Below are positions 44,661 through 57,788 of a DNA stretch of 64,000 nucleotides, in pieces. The translations under genes were made by a program, and so were the position numbers. The stretch is from Corallochytrium limacisporum Hawaii (Eukaryota; Protista; Pluriformea). How positions within the stretch are numbered: position 1 is the stretch's first letter; every line of letters starts with the position of its first letter. The stretch spans positions 67,407 through 131,406 of the forward strand of contig PDIP01000048.1 of assembly GCA_002811645.1 (NCBI GenBank). Direction: 5' to 3'. The notes beneath the pieces were generated by a model. That model did no database searches, was not told the origin of the DNA, and worked only from the letters and a program-made list of their open reading frames with translations.

Positions 44661-45800
44661 GCGGAGGAAAGGGGAACGTTTGGAACGGTTTGGGGGTGCG
44701 GGGGGCTACTCGCTACCCTACTTACCGCGTTCGAACGCGAGGAGTCTCACCTGCGCAAAGCAGAGGTGAGCCCTCCTGCACGGACGGAGCAGCAGCAGCG
44801 GCCCGCCCAGCAGCAAGAGCTGGCTGGGACGATCTCACCTGCACGAATACCCTGCACATTCGCTGTGGGACTGATGGAGCATGCCATTGCTCAGAGAAAC
44901 CTCATCTGAGGGCACTTGAGCGACTCAAGGCCATTCGAGCTCGCAGTGATAATGGGATCACGTCGAGTTGCAGAGCCGACGATCCACTGCCACCGGGGTG
45001 GCCGACCGTCACAGGGTCTCTTTCTTGTTTAATCCAAGTAATTAAATGTTGGGGGCTCTTCAGGGTTTCAGCTAAAATTTTAGTGCCATCTCAGAGTTGT
45101 CACATGGCCCGCCCCCCTTCCTCCCCCTGTCCCATTGCTATACACCCAAATTGCTCAACCTCGGTGCCTGTTGGTGTAACCCGTCAAGTACTTTCAGTAC
45201 TGTAACCACACCCTTGGAACCCTAGAGCGAGTTGCTCTTGGCAAACTGATAGCCGGACGACATGCAGACCACATATGCACACCAGAGCGACAAGAGACCG
45301 TGATCGCGAGTCTCCTGAGAACCATAGGCACTTGCGGTGACACCATGGATGTCGTCGGGCTTTGTGCTACCGTTCAAGCCACTTGAGAATTGCCTTGTAA
45401 TGCGAGTCCTAGACAGGACCGTCAGTGGAGACCCTCTGTATATTCATTATGGGAAAAAGTCTGGTTTGACCTTCAGCAGCTGAAACGTTCGGGAATTTTT
45501 TTTCTCTCCAAACCGTAGTGTACCCCTACTTCACTGGCTGACCAGTGTGTGCAGTTGCGAATAGTAAAAGTGCTGAGCGGGCCGGTTTCCTGCGCTGTGC
45601 CCCTGCTGGGAACCGCAGGAGGTCTCCTTGCTTGGGGCTTGATGCGTGCACACAATAACAAAAACCATAAACCCAAAATGCACACTTTGAACACGAACCA
45701 CTACACAGAGAACAAGGAAATGCATAGATGACACACTCGTAGATTGAAACATGTGCATATTGTGGAGGTAGTAATCGCGGAGGTCAGTCAGGGTATGTAA

Positions 45801-47717
<1,917 letters not shown>

Positions 47718-50700
47718 GCCAATACCCTTCCACGTTTTCGCCTCCCAACATGTGATATCATGTTGAACCCCCTGATAATCGATTGATGGTGTACCGCTGC
47801 AACTATGGTGGCTACCATCTATTCGTTTGCACACCGTCTCGACTCGACGATTTGTAATATTACTTTCAGTTGGGGGCAACTCCACTACTTAGTGGGGCCT
47901 GCACCTAAAACCTGAACCCCCCATTTTGAATTCCACATACCATTAAATTCATTCTACAACCCTCATTAGCATGTCTTCAGCCAGAACCGATTACCTAGAG
48001 CGCAGGAATGGCTTCGCTGCTAAACTGACAGACAGGTATACACTTGGATCACTACAGTCTAATACTATCGCCGAAGTTCGTGATGTCGGTTGCATCCCCT
48101 TGATATCATTGGGCAGTTCGCCCGCATCTTCTTTAGCATGTTACATCAGATCCGTCACTGCCTTTCACCTAGGTGGTTGTCCCCGAAAGATGGGCCATGG
48201 CTTGCTCTATTCTGGGCCGTGGTATGCCCCGAGATCCAATGATGCTAGGAGTATTAGGATGGGTATAAGTTTGAACATTTATGTCGTACGGACTTCTTGA
48301 GAGCATTCTCCCGTCAGAAGCAGAGCGGGAGTAGTTGGTTTTGACTCATTTTTCGCAATAGCCGAAAGCATGCCGGATCATCGGAATGTAATAGTTGAGA
48401 AACATGCGATCTGCGTCCTACTGTTTTCCTACACATCGGTCGATGATTGTTCTATGAAGGAAGTTTCACGGCTCGCCGGGATGGGCCTCTGGGGATTGAA
48501 TAGTCGCCAAGTGTAGTTCTGATGGTCCATACAATTAGCTCACCGTTTGAAAGGGTAAAATATATAGACTTCAGCACTATGACTGATTCTGCATCTGCAG
48601 TACTCGCACGATCCCTTTGGGTACCCCTCGGAATGAAGCTCCAAGTGTGTTCCACTGCTGGTGGGGGAGACCAACAAGGGGATCTTGGCACGGAGGTTTG
48701 TGTGCGCACAAGCAATTTGCCATCTGTATCGTGGTATGTGGTTGGCCTACCCCAATTATCACACACTGGTAAGCTGTGCGGTGTGCCGTAGACATCGTGT
48801 CCTGGGACCCAGTTATGTACAGACTATCTTGTAGGTACGAAAAGGATCCGCACAGAATGGTGGGGGTCGATGCCGGCCGCCGCAGTTGCGAATACATCTC
48901 TTGTCCTTCTATCGCTGTTGCCGATTGCTGGAGCAGCACCGATGGTATGGAACGCACTCGGCACACTACTGGTCTCCGCATCTTCTCTCCCCGCTCCTGA
49001 TCAGACGTACGAATTGTGAATTCATCCCCAGTAGTGTGTGATCCGATACAATCCGGCGACGGAACATTGACTATTCTTATCAAAACAATTCCAAGTCTCA
49101 CTGGAGTCTGCCAGCTGTCAAAAGTCAGGAAAGGTTGGTGCTGGTGCTGCAGACCATCCGTTGCTGGCGATTGAAAGAGGTGCAATAGTGTCCGCCGTGG
49201 CAGGTGTGTGTGCTCTGTGACTTCCACGAGGATAGTGGGCCGTCTGGTTCCTTTTGCCTGGAACCGGTTCTTCGTTAGTTGCTCAAATCGGGTTTGAGAT
49301 TTTATTCTGCTCGTGTAAATGCTACGCTGTGGGTGGTGGTCTGATGGGGGCGTGAAACAGTTCATGACGTACGCAGACAACAAAACAACACTGTGCTGCG
49401 ATCACTTACCCATCAGTCCGCGTGAACCTTGATCTGTTTTATATTTTTAGTCCCTTCTGTGCGAAAATCCATATTCTCATCTGTTGGCAGTGGACGTCCC
49501 CCTCATGGGTTTCTCAAACATTTGTGTGTCCAGGTCTTTAGGGAGGCTGGCTGACAAAATGCGCCGTATCCCGCTTGTTTATTCTTCCACGCCCGTCTGT
49601 TCCCTTCCGCCGCTCCAGGAAGTTCCTTCCCTCCCAGGCCCCCCCCCCCTCACTGGCTGTGTGGCCTCCGGCTTTCCATATACGTGCCACCAGTCAACCC
49701 TTGTCCGTCGCCGATATGGCAATCCAACACCCCACGGACGCCCGTTCCCTCCCTATTTCTCCCTCTCTCTCTCTCTCTCTTTTTTTTTTTTTTCCTTTTC
49801 TGTTCTTAAAATCATATGTTCTTCTTTAAGGCTTTTCTCTTAACGTTCTACTTGTTTTCCAACACTTGCCTTTTTCCAACAACCGGTGACGGTCTGGACT
49901 GACGGAATGACGCGGAAGTGTGTGGGTGTCCCAACATTTTTTTTCTCCTGCTTGCGATAAGTTCGTTTTTCTCTCCTCTTGGCTGGCCACGATGGCTGTC
50001 TGACTTGGTGGTGCGTGTGGGAGGAAACTCGTAGAAAGGGAACGAGGGAAGAGGAAGGGTGAGGGTGGAACATAGACAGAGCATGATGGTGTGGGCACAC
50101 CAGCGCATGCTGACGGGTTAAGACTTCGTCGCAGCCATGCAATGCGGTACATTTACAATGTCTTCCAATGAACCATTTCGGGTCATCAAAAGGACTGTGT
50201 TGATGCGCGCTGCACCTCTGTATTGAACACTGAAGCATTGAATAGTATACTCAACGATGGGCGATCTAGTGTCGACTTCCGTGGTGGATAGAGCTCTGGC
50301 CTCACTAGTGCCCCACCGGAAAAGCTTCCCCGCGATCTGTCAACAGTTGCAATCCTACCGCAAATTAACACAGCATTAAAGTGATGGGTACTGCGAAGGT
50401 CAGAGGGCTGAGTTCGTACTACCTTTGGCCTTTGTATGGCCAATGTCTGGAGGTCGCTGACGAATTCTTGGGTCATTGGTTTGAATGTGTGGTGGTGTAC
50501 GACACCGGGTGGTTGGAGTTTGGTTTACGAGCGGCATCATGGAGGATATTGCAGTCTCGCTAGATTGCTATCTGTTTCCACTGGGGTCCTGAACATGAGA
50601 AGGAAAGCTTTAGCTTGCCAGAAGCTCTGTGATTCCCGGGATCGAGATTCGTTATCGATGAGTCTGAGAAGTGCTGAGGAGGGCCAGTTCCACCGGTCGT

Positions 50701-51142
50701 CCACCCTGCACGATGAGGTGATGATGGACTGAGGCTTGCCGGTCCATCACCAAGAGAGGATGAAACAGAGGACATTGTGTGCGCAAAGAGGACATCATAC
50801 AGTCAGTGGGACCAAGCGAAAACGGACAAAGACGATGAGATGTGTCCTGAATGTTGTTACACCTGTGACACCTTTTGAAACAATTTGCACCGTAATTTCC
50901 AAAGACAGCTGTAATTAATACAAGGTGCCTGGTCTGGGTTCGTCTTCGATGCCGTGCTTCGCTCCAATCGACCTTTGTCATGCAATATGATATAGTATAC
51001 ACATTGTGTATGCCGTTGCATGCCCGTATTAGCACTATATGATGGAAACGATCACGACCTGCCCCGCCTCCGGAGACTTCTTGCTAGAGATCAGTTGCTC
51101 TTCTTGGATCCAATCGCAATTCCAATGCCCTCCCCCCCCACC

Positions 51143-51384
51143 NNNNNNNNNNNNNNNNNNNNNNNNNNNNNNNNNNNNNNNNNNNNNNNNNNNNNNNNNN
51201 NNNNNNNNNNNNNNNNNNNNNNNNNNNNNNNNNNNNNNNNNNNNNNNNNNNNNNNNNNNNNNNNNNNNNNNNNNNNNNNNNNNNNNNNNNNNNNNNNNNN
51301 NNNNNNNNNNNNNNNNNNNNNNNNNNNNNNNNNNNNNNNNNNNNNNNNNNNNNNNNNNNNNNNNNNNNNNNNNNNNNNNNNNNN
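51143..51384. other. Assembly gap (N run) flanked by poly-C tracts
   Basis: 242 N bases. Confidence 0.99.
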
Positions 51385-52513
51385 CCCCCCCCCGGGGGGC
51401 CTCCCCTTCTGCCATAGTAGAAAACTGGCTCACATTTGCAACGTATGTAAATTTTTCTTGCAGCATTCGTCGTCCCCCCTTCCAAAGCTCACAACACCCT
51501 CTCACGATCTGCAGAGCAACACGATCGTTGGGAATAACTTTGGCGTTCGGAGAGGGGCTCTGTGCAAGAGCAGAACCATCTCCACTCCGGTTACAAGAGA
51601 AAGAACCATATTCATAGTATGCAACTTTTCTTAGGACAGAACCTGAGTATGTGAACCGTGTGACCTCAACGACAGGTTCAAGTGGTTGACCACTGACGCA
51701 GAACTGGCTTCCAGGTCTTAGAGGTTATCAGTTTTGCGCATACTCTCTCGAATGTTTTCTTCTCAGATCCAGGTCTTCCTCTCCAAGACTATTCTATAGT
51801 GATTATATGGACGAATGTGAAAGGTGTGTTCCGTTTATTGCTCCGTCAGCATTTTCGAACCCATTGGTGTGGCACTGACATTCTTGTTTCGACACTACCG
51901 TTCTGTATGCGGCAAGTGCGCGACCAGACGAGCACGAGCACGAACGTTCCTGGGTAGAAGAGTTAGGGTAATCGTGGCGCGCCAGCAAGAACCGCACAAA
52001 GAGTTTGCCTCTGGCTCTGTAAAGCACCTACCTGCTTTAGCAACTTGTTGTTACCGATACTTTGCTGTTTTGCACAGCAGCATCTTTGTCTTCCACACGC
52101 TACACATGCAAATACACGGAACATGCAGTGCGATCGTGCATGAGCGATACAATGGATTCGGCTGCATGCCAGAGTATCAATGGGATTGATAGCAGTCTGC
52201 TGGCAGCAGCAATTACAATTGCAGGAAATTGAACGTTCTCCTCTCTCATTGCCAAGGTACCGGGTAAGTTGCAAGAAATTGCTTCATCTGGTCACAAGTG
52301 TACGGGTGTTCTACATATCAGTGCATTGAGGATATTGAAGAACATTTTATACGGAACAATGAGCTTGAATGGTCCTCCGGCCTGTTTGCGCATCACAGCA
52401 ACCAAGCAACCTCCTCCCAACGGCAAGCACCCTGCAAGCCTTGTTGTCTCACAGTGCCAAAACACTGACGGAAAACACCGAAGACCCAAAGTATAAAGCG
52501 TGATGCTTCCGTG

Positions 52514-52514
<1 letters not shown>

Positions 52515-52611
<97 letters not shown>

Positions 52612-52617
52612 GCACAC
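52515..52617. repeat. (CA)n microsatellite, ~100 bp
   Basis: Near-perfect CA dinucleotide run. Confidence 0.98.
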
Positions 52618-55159
52618 GTCACCTCTCTGACTATATGGCCAATACCAAGTAGTACTGAAATATATACTCTGACCGTGTGGGGCTGAATTGGAAGAAATTT
52701 GGTGATTCAAGAGACTTTTCCTTTTTGTTCTGCGGTCCTTCGTATGGGGCTGTATGGAAAGGGGCGAACAAACGAGAGCGAAAAAAACCCCCCCCCCCTA
52801 TTTCAGTGGAGAAAGCTCCGTGGTGTATTTCGAAATGATTCAGTAATTAGCAAATTGAAAAGGGAGCTCTGTCAGTTTGGGGAAACAAGGGCACAATACT
52901 TGAAACCAAAAAGTTAAATGCCGCTGTATAGGTCTGGCTCTTTGTGTCTCCGGACAGGCTTAGAAGGAAGGGCGAAAGGGGGCGTGTCCGCATGTCGACT
53001 AAAATGGTTTACTAGGTGATGATGAGGAAAAGCCCTTTTTTTCTTTTCTCTTTGGGCAAGGCACATAGAAAAAACTTGCTTACTCATGCAGTCTGTTGTG
53101 TGTGTGTGTTCTATTTAGTGTTTTGATAGTGACACCTTTGTCAGTTTGCTGAGGTGTGCTTTCCGCCCCAGGGAGACGATAGCACTTTGCATCTGACGAC
53201 ATCTGGTCGCTGATACACGCTGAACTACCATCCGGTAGTCTGTCCAGATAACACAGTGCCGGTGGTGAAATGTTCTGCGATGTGTCAGTCAGTGTGTATA
53301 CGAAGCGGACATGCTTCTGCCGATGTGAGTCACCAGGCGTATGGACATCCAGCAAGACATCTACGCCCTGTGGCAGAGAGTATTTGGCTACGTAGCATGT
53401 GTCTTTTCGGTACGATGTTTGTTGTACATTGCGGTCAGCGTTCCTAGATTCTGTTTTCTCAAGTGCACACGTCACTCTCTGATCACGAACTCATTCCTAG
53501 CTTTTTCTCAATTTGTGGCGTACGGAGGGGCAGTATTTGAAGGATCTGCCACACGGGTGTCGGCGTCTCCCTAGTTTTTGATTCTGAGCACAATACACGT
53601 ACCATACATACGGGGAATCGCAGTGATCGGGACACAGGCTGCGAGGTGTACAGGGCAATAGCCAAGTTAAAAGATGGTGGAATCTGATGGATGCATTCTA
53701 TGGAGGTATTCGGCAATCCGTTCTCTCGCATGGTTAAGATCGCATGGTCACATAACTGTGCACTCAGTATGAGTGTCGCTGTCAAAATACAGATATGTGA
53801 GTGTGGCCACATCATGCTGTGAAGATGGTGCCCCAAGGGCTCCATCTCCGTTGCTCAACGCTCACGCACAGTCACAGGCACTCTGAAGAGAGCGAAGGTG
53901 GCAGAGAGAGACGAGAGAAGGAAGTGTGGGCGATGGGGACACGCGCACAGAAGAACAAAATTCGAAAGGGGTCCCCCGGGGGGGGAGAACCTGGTGGAAA
54001 GAATATAGCAAGGAACCATAGAGCAGAAAGTTTGGGAGAAGGCGATGGAAAAAAAAAAGGAAGAATGGACACAGAAAGAAAAGAAAGTTAGGTTTCGGAG
54101 GGGTGTGGTGGTGGGGTGTGCTTCGTCACAGGCTTCCTCAGGCGGAAGCCCCAAATCATGGCCCAAAAGTCATTTTCTCAGTATTTGGCGCCACGTTCGT
54201 TGGTAGACGAAGGCCTAGGGGCTCGCGCGGTGGTTGCTACTCCCCCACCCCCTCCGTCCCCCCCCAGGACGGTTCAAAATAGTATGGGGGGGCAAGTCAT
54301 GGGTTCTTTCTTTGAATTTTATACAATACATTCAGTATATTAACTCTGGCAATGATGCCCTGGACGTGGTGGTGGGTGGTACGCCGGGGTTCTCGCCAGG
54401 ATAACTTCTTCATGTCCAACTGCAGAGATAAACCCGTGTGTCACCATGCGACGTTGGTACCCACAGGGAGAGAGCGAGCTTCTCGTGACCGCTTGCATCA
54501 TCCCTTCCGGACGGTCCTAATTCTCTGAAACTCCCCTTCCACACTTACTAACTGCCCTTTCAATAGATCACTCACATCTTTCTCGACTGCCAAGCAACTC
54601 GGGTCGGCCAGTAGAGCAGCAGTACCCTTTGTACGGCGCGGGGGGGGGTTTCGCTTTCCGTTTTGGGTCCATTCCAAGTCCGTCGTCCCCAGCCTTCTCC
54701 CCAAGAGACCAAGTAATCCCGACGTGACACGGTCGGATACACACGGTTCGGCCGATGGGGGTTGGAGCTCAGTGCCCGGTTCCCAGGTCCCGATACACAG
54801 GCCACGAGACATATGGTGCGGCATCAGCAGCAGACGTGAAAGGATCCAACAATTGTGCACTGTTTGTGCTGGCTCTGTCAAAGATCTACATCAGATGGCG
54901 CACGATGCCAAGAATTCCAGTGTGCAAAGGGAAATTGCAAAACACAGAGCGAGAGAGAGGGGGAGAGGAGGGGTGCAACAGAGACCACAGCAAGAGGAGC
55001 AGGGAAAGGTGGCTTGACCCAGCCATTCGTGTTCTTTGAGTTTGCCGCTCCCAGTCCTTTTTTCTTTTTTTTTTCAAGACACTTGACCTTCTTTTGGTTT
55101 TTCTTTTCCTTGGCCGCGGAGAAAACAGACGAAGCGGGAAGGGGGGGGAGGGGGAAAGG

Positions 55160-55385
55160 NNNNNNNNNNNNNNNNNNNNNNNNNNNNNNNNNNNNNNNNN
55201 NNNNNNNNNNNNNNNNNNNNNNNNNNNNNNNNNNNNNNNNNNNNNNNNNNNNNNNNNNNNNNNNNNNNNNNNNNNNNNNNNNNNNNNNNNNNNNNNNNNN
55301 NNNNNNNNNNNNNNNNNNNNNNNNNNNNNNNNNNNNNNNNNNNNNNNNNNNNNNNNNNNNNNNNNNNNNNNNNNNNNNNNNNNNN
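55160..55385. other. Assembly gap (N run) flanked by poly-G tracts
   Basis: 226 N bases. Confidence 0.99.
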
Positions 55386-55807
55386 GTGGGGGGGAAAGGG
55401 GGGTCTGGGGGCTAAGGAAAAGGACCAGTGGCTCGCTTCTCGTTGACATGTCCCAGAGCCCGGTCTGTATGCCCCATCCAAGATCCCACATCCCAGTCGA
55501 AACATTTCCCATACAGGATGTGAAGGGATATCATGACTTTTTCAGGTAAGGTTCCATTGTCCCATGAAGTTGGTTACTGGACCCTTGTGGTGCAGGAACA
55601 CTCGGGATCTGTGAAAGTGGCTTTGCGGGGCTCCGAGATGATAGGATGACCGGTAAGTGAAGAAGATGAAGAAGGTGCCGCGCCCTGGCTTACTACTATT
55701 TCAAGTATCCTACACTCAATCACTAAGAAAATGATCTTTTGGTTGCTGTGAATAGAACAAAACAATATAGAACAAAGCATAGTTCAGCTAGTAGGAGGCA
55801 GAAAGGT

Positions 55808-56659
55808 ATGCCCCCGCAGACACGGTTAACAAACGAGTTCTCCGAAACTGGCGGCATGAGAGAGACACAGACTTCCACAGATAAGAAAATCACGGGAATA
55901 GGGAAGAAGTTTGCGAGAAAATTGTCCTCTGCGATGTCAAAAGCACCCGAAAACAATGGAGCAGGAACACGCCGTGGTTCCATAGTCTCAGAATCTGAGG
56001 CCTCCTGGACTCCTCGTTCGTTTTCTAATGACTCCGGTGACACGGTTAGCAATTTGTCCCTTGCGTCATCAGGGAGCTCGTCCAGCATTGCTTTTCTAGA
56101 ACATTTTAAGGGTCGTAAGATTAATGGACGCTGCAACAGCCCTCGACTACGCCGCACTAGTTCTCCTGTGGAATCTTTCAACACGAGCGACATAAGACGG
56201 ATGTCTGAGCCTGTCAGACAGACTGCTGTCAAGCCAACTCTTCAGGCTGCTGGTAAGCCTCACTTAAGGACTGTTTTCCATTCAAGGATCATGTACGCCA
56301 TGGTTAGCATGTCCACAGAGACGAGTAAGGTAGAGCGTTGGGCTCTGAAGAATGAGAAAACTGAAGTTGTCAATGGCAAGGAGATCGCACATATCCGGTT
56401 CCGCGCCGGTGAAGCCATTTTCCGAGTTCCCTGCGAAGTTCATGAGTCTTTGGAGGCCGAAGTTATCCTTGGATTTGACTTCCTTGTAACTCAAGGAAAG
56501 ACCCATGGCATTCGTACAGCGTCCACCAAGCAGATCGTCATGCGGGACAACAAGAAGCCTCTGGCACTAATGCCCTACACGCGGAAATCTTCCATGAAAA
56601 GGGTTTCTTTTAATCGTACCGTTCAGGTCATGTCGATGCCGGAAATCCCTGTACAGTAA
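55808..56659 (+). CDS. Orphan protein: Ser-rich disordered N-terminal half, retropepsin-like domain lacking the catalytic Asp, C-terminal RVxF motif
   Basis: Intact 283-aa ORF from ATG 55808. YAMVSMSTETSKV ... EVILGFDFL resembles the retropepsin xALVDSGAxxS ... ILGxDFL pattern. It ends KSSMKRVSFNRTVQV. Confidence 0.65.
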   Translation: MPPQTRLTNEFSETGGMRETQTSTDKKITGIGKKFARKLSSAMSKAPENNGAGTRRGSIVSESEASWTPRSFSNDSGDTVSNLSLASSGSSSSIAFLEHFKGRKINGRCNSPRLRRTSSPVESFNTSDIRRMSEPVRQTAVKPTLQAAGKPHLRTVFHSRIMYAMVSMSTETSKVERWALKNEKTEVVNGKEIAHIRFRAGEAIFRVPCEVHESLEAEVILGFDFLVTQGKTHGIRTASTKQIVMRDNKKPLALMPYTRKSSMKRVSFNRTVQVMSMPEIPVQ

Positions 56660-56863
56660 TTTGAACACATCAGCAACACACATACCACATAACATACAAT
56701 ACTCATATTTCATCCTAGTTCAGGAGTGCGCCCCATGATATGGCACACCTATCATCATCATCATTATCCTCCATACACTACTAGCAATAACGCGTGAACT
56801 GATATTACGTACTTTCGCATCTGGGCTGCGTACATTTCTCTGATTCAATACTCATCAGTGGGT

Positions 56864-57788
56864 CTACAGGCCCCAAACCCGGAGTTTACCATCTCTGGAG
56901 CCGGAAATCCAGCGATCACCAATCACGCGACACAAGCTGTTTACACCTTCGGCATGTCCATTCATGTCACAGATCTTGTCCTGCGTTGGCACATTGTAGG
57001 CTACAATACTACCGTCATCCAGCCATAACAACACAGCCACTGCGATCAAACCTCACACAGTTGATCACGTGTGGTCCACAGTCGGGGCTGCTAATCTCTG
57101 CACCCATTCGCACAGCCCAGGCACACACTACTCCATCCGCATCAGATGATACAACGGAGTCTCCGCGCAGGCTGAAATCCACACTCGTGTACGCGTTCAG
57201 GTGACCGTGCAGGGTGTGCGCGAAGAGACCAGTGCGGACATCCCAGAGGGAAACGGTCTTGTCTGCACTGGCCGTGCATGCCACCGGGGTGTAGGGCTGA
57301 AAACACGCAGCGTTAACAGCGTCGGCGTGGCCACGAAGTGTGGTCCGACTGACCTGATACTGCAGGTCCCAAATCTTCGCAGTCTGATCCATGGAACCCG
57401 AAATCAGGGAGTCCCCTCCGACCAGGTGGGATACGCTCCACACAGCACCAGCGTGCTCTGTGAGAGTGTGCAGGCGCTGGGACTTTAGATACGACCGGAT
57501 CTTGATCTGACAATCACCGCTACCGGTCACCAACAAAGGCTTTGAGGGGTTGAAGTCAGCTGTGGCGATCCAGTCACGGTGGCCCTTACCGCTCGTTATC
57601 AATTCACCGCTATTGATGCTCCACATACTCCACAAAACGTTGTCACTAGCGCTAACAGCTACTACCTTGGTCGGATGGGAAGCCACCGTCGAAATGGGGA
57701 GTTTGTGAGTTGTATAGTTAGTTTGGCTTCCCTGCGGAAGTGCCTTTCGTGAATGCCAACCCGTGTCCGTTCGGAACCATGCTCCCAT
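56864..57788 (-). pseudogene. SPAG16: PF20/SPAG16 flagellar central-apparatus WD40 protein; frameshifted near 57020 and lacking the N-terminal coiled-coil half
   Basis: HPTK...SD..W.MW...G.LI..G.GHRDWIA..DF.P, LRGHADAVN...QPY, TASADKTVSLWDVRTGL, GHLN, SSDADGVV..W..RM.AE and FDRSG follow the PF20 repeats in order. The last repeat (DDGSIVAY...GHAEGVN...SGSRDGKLRVW) is in another frame (56864-57049). Confidence 0.8.
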
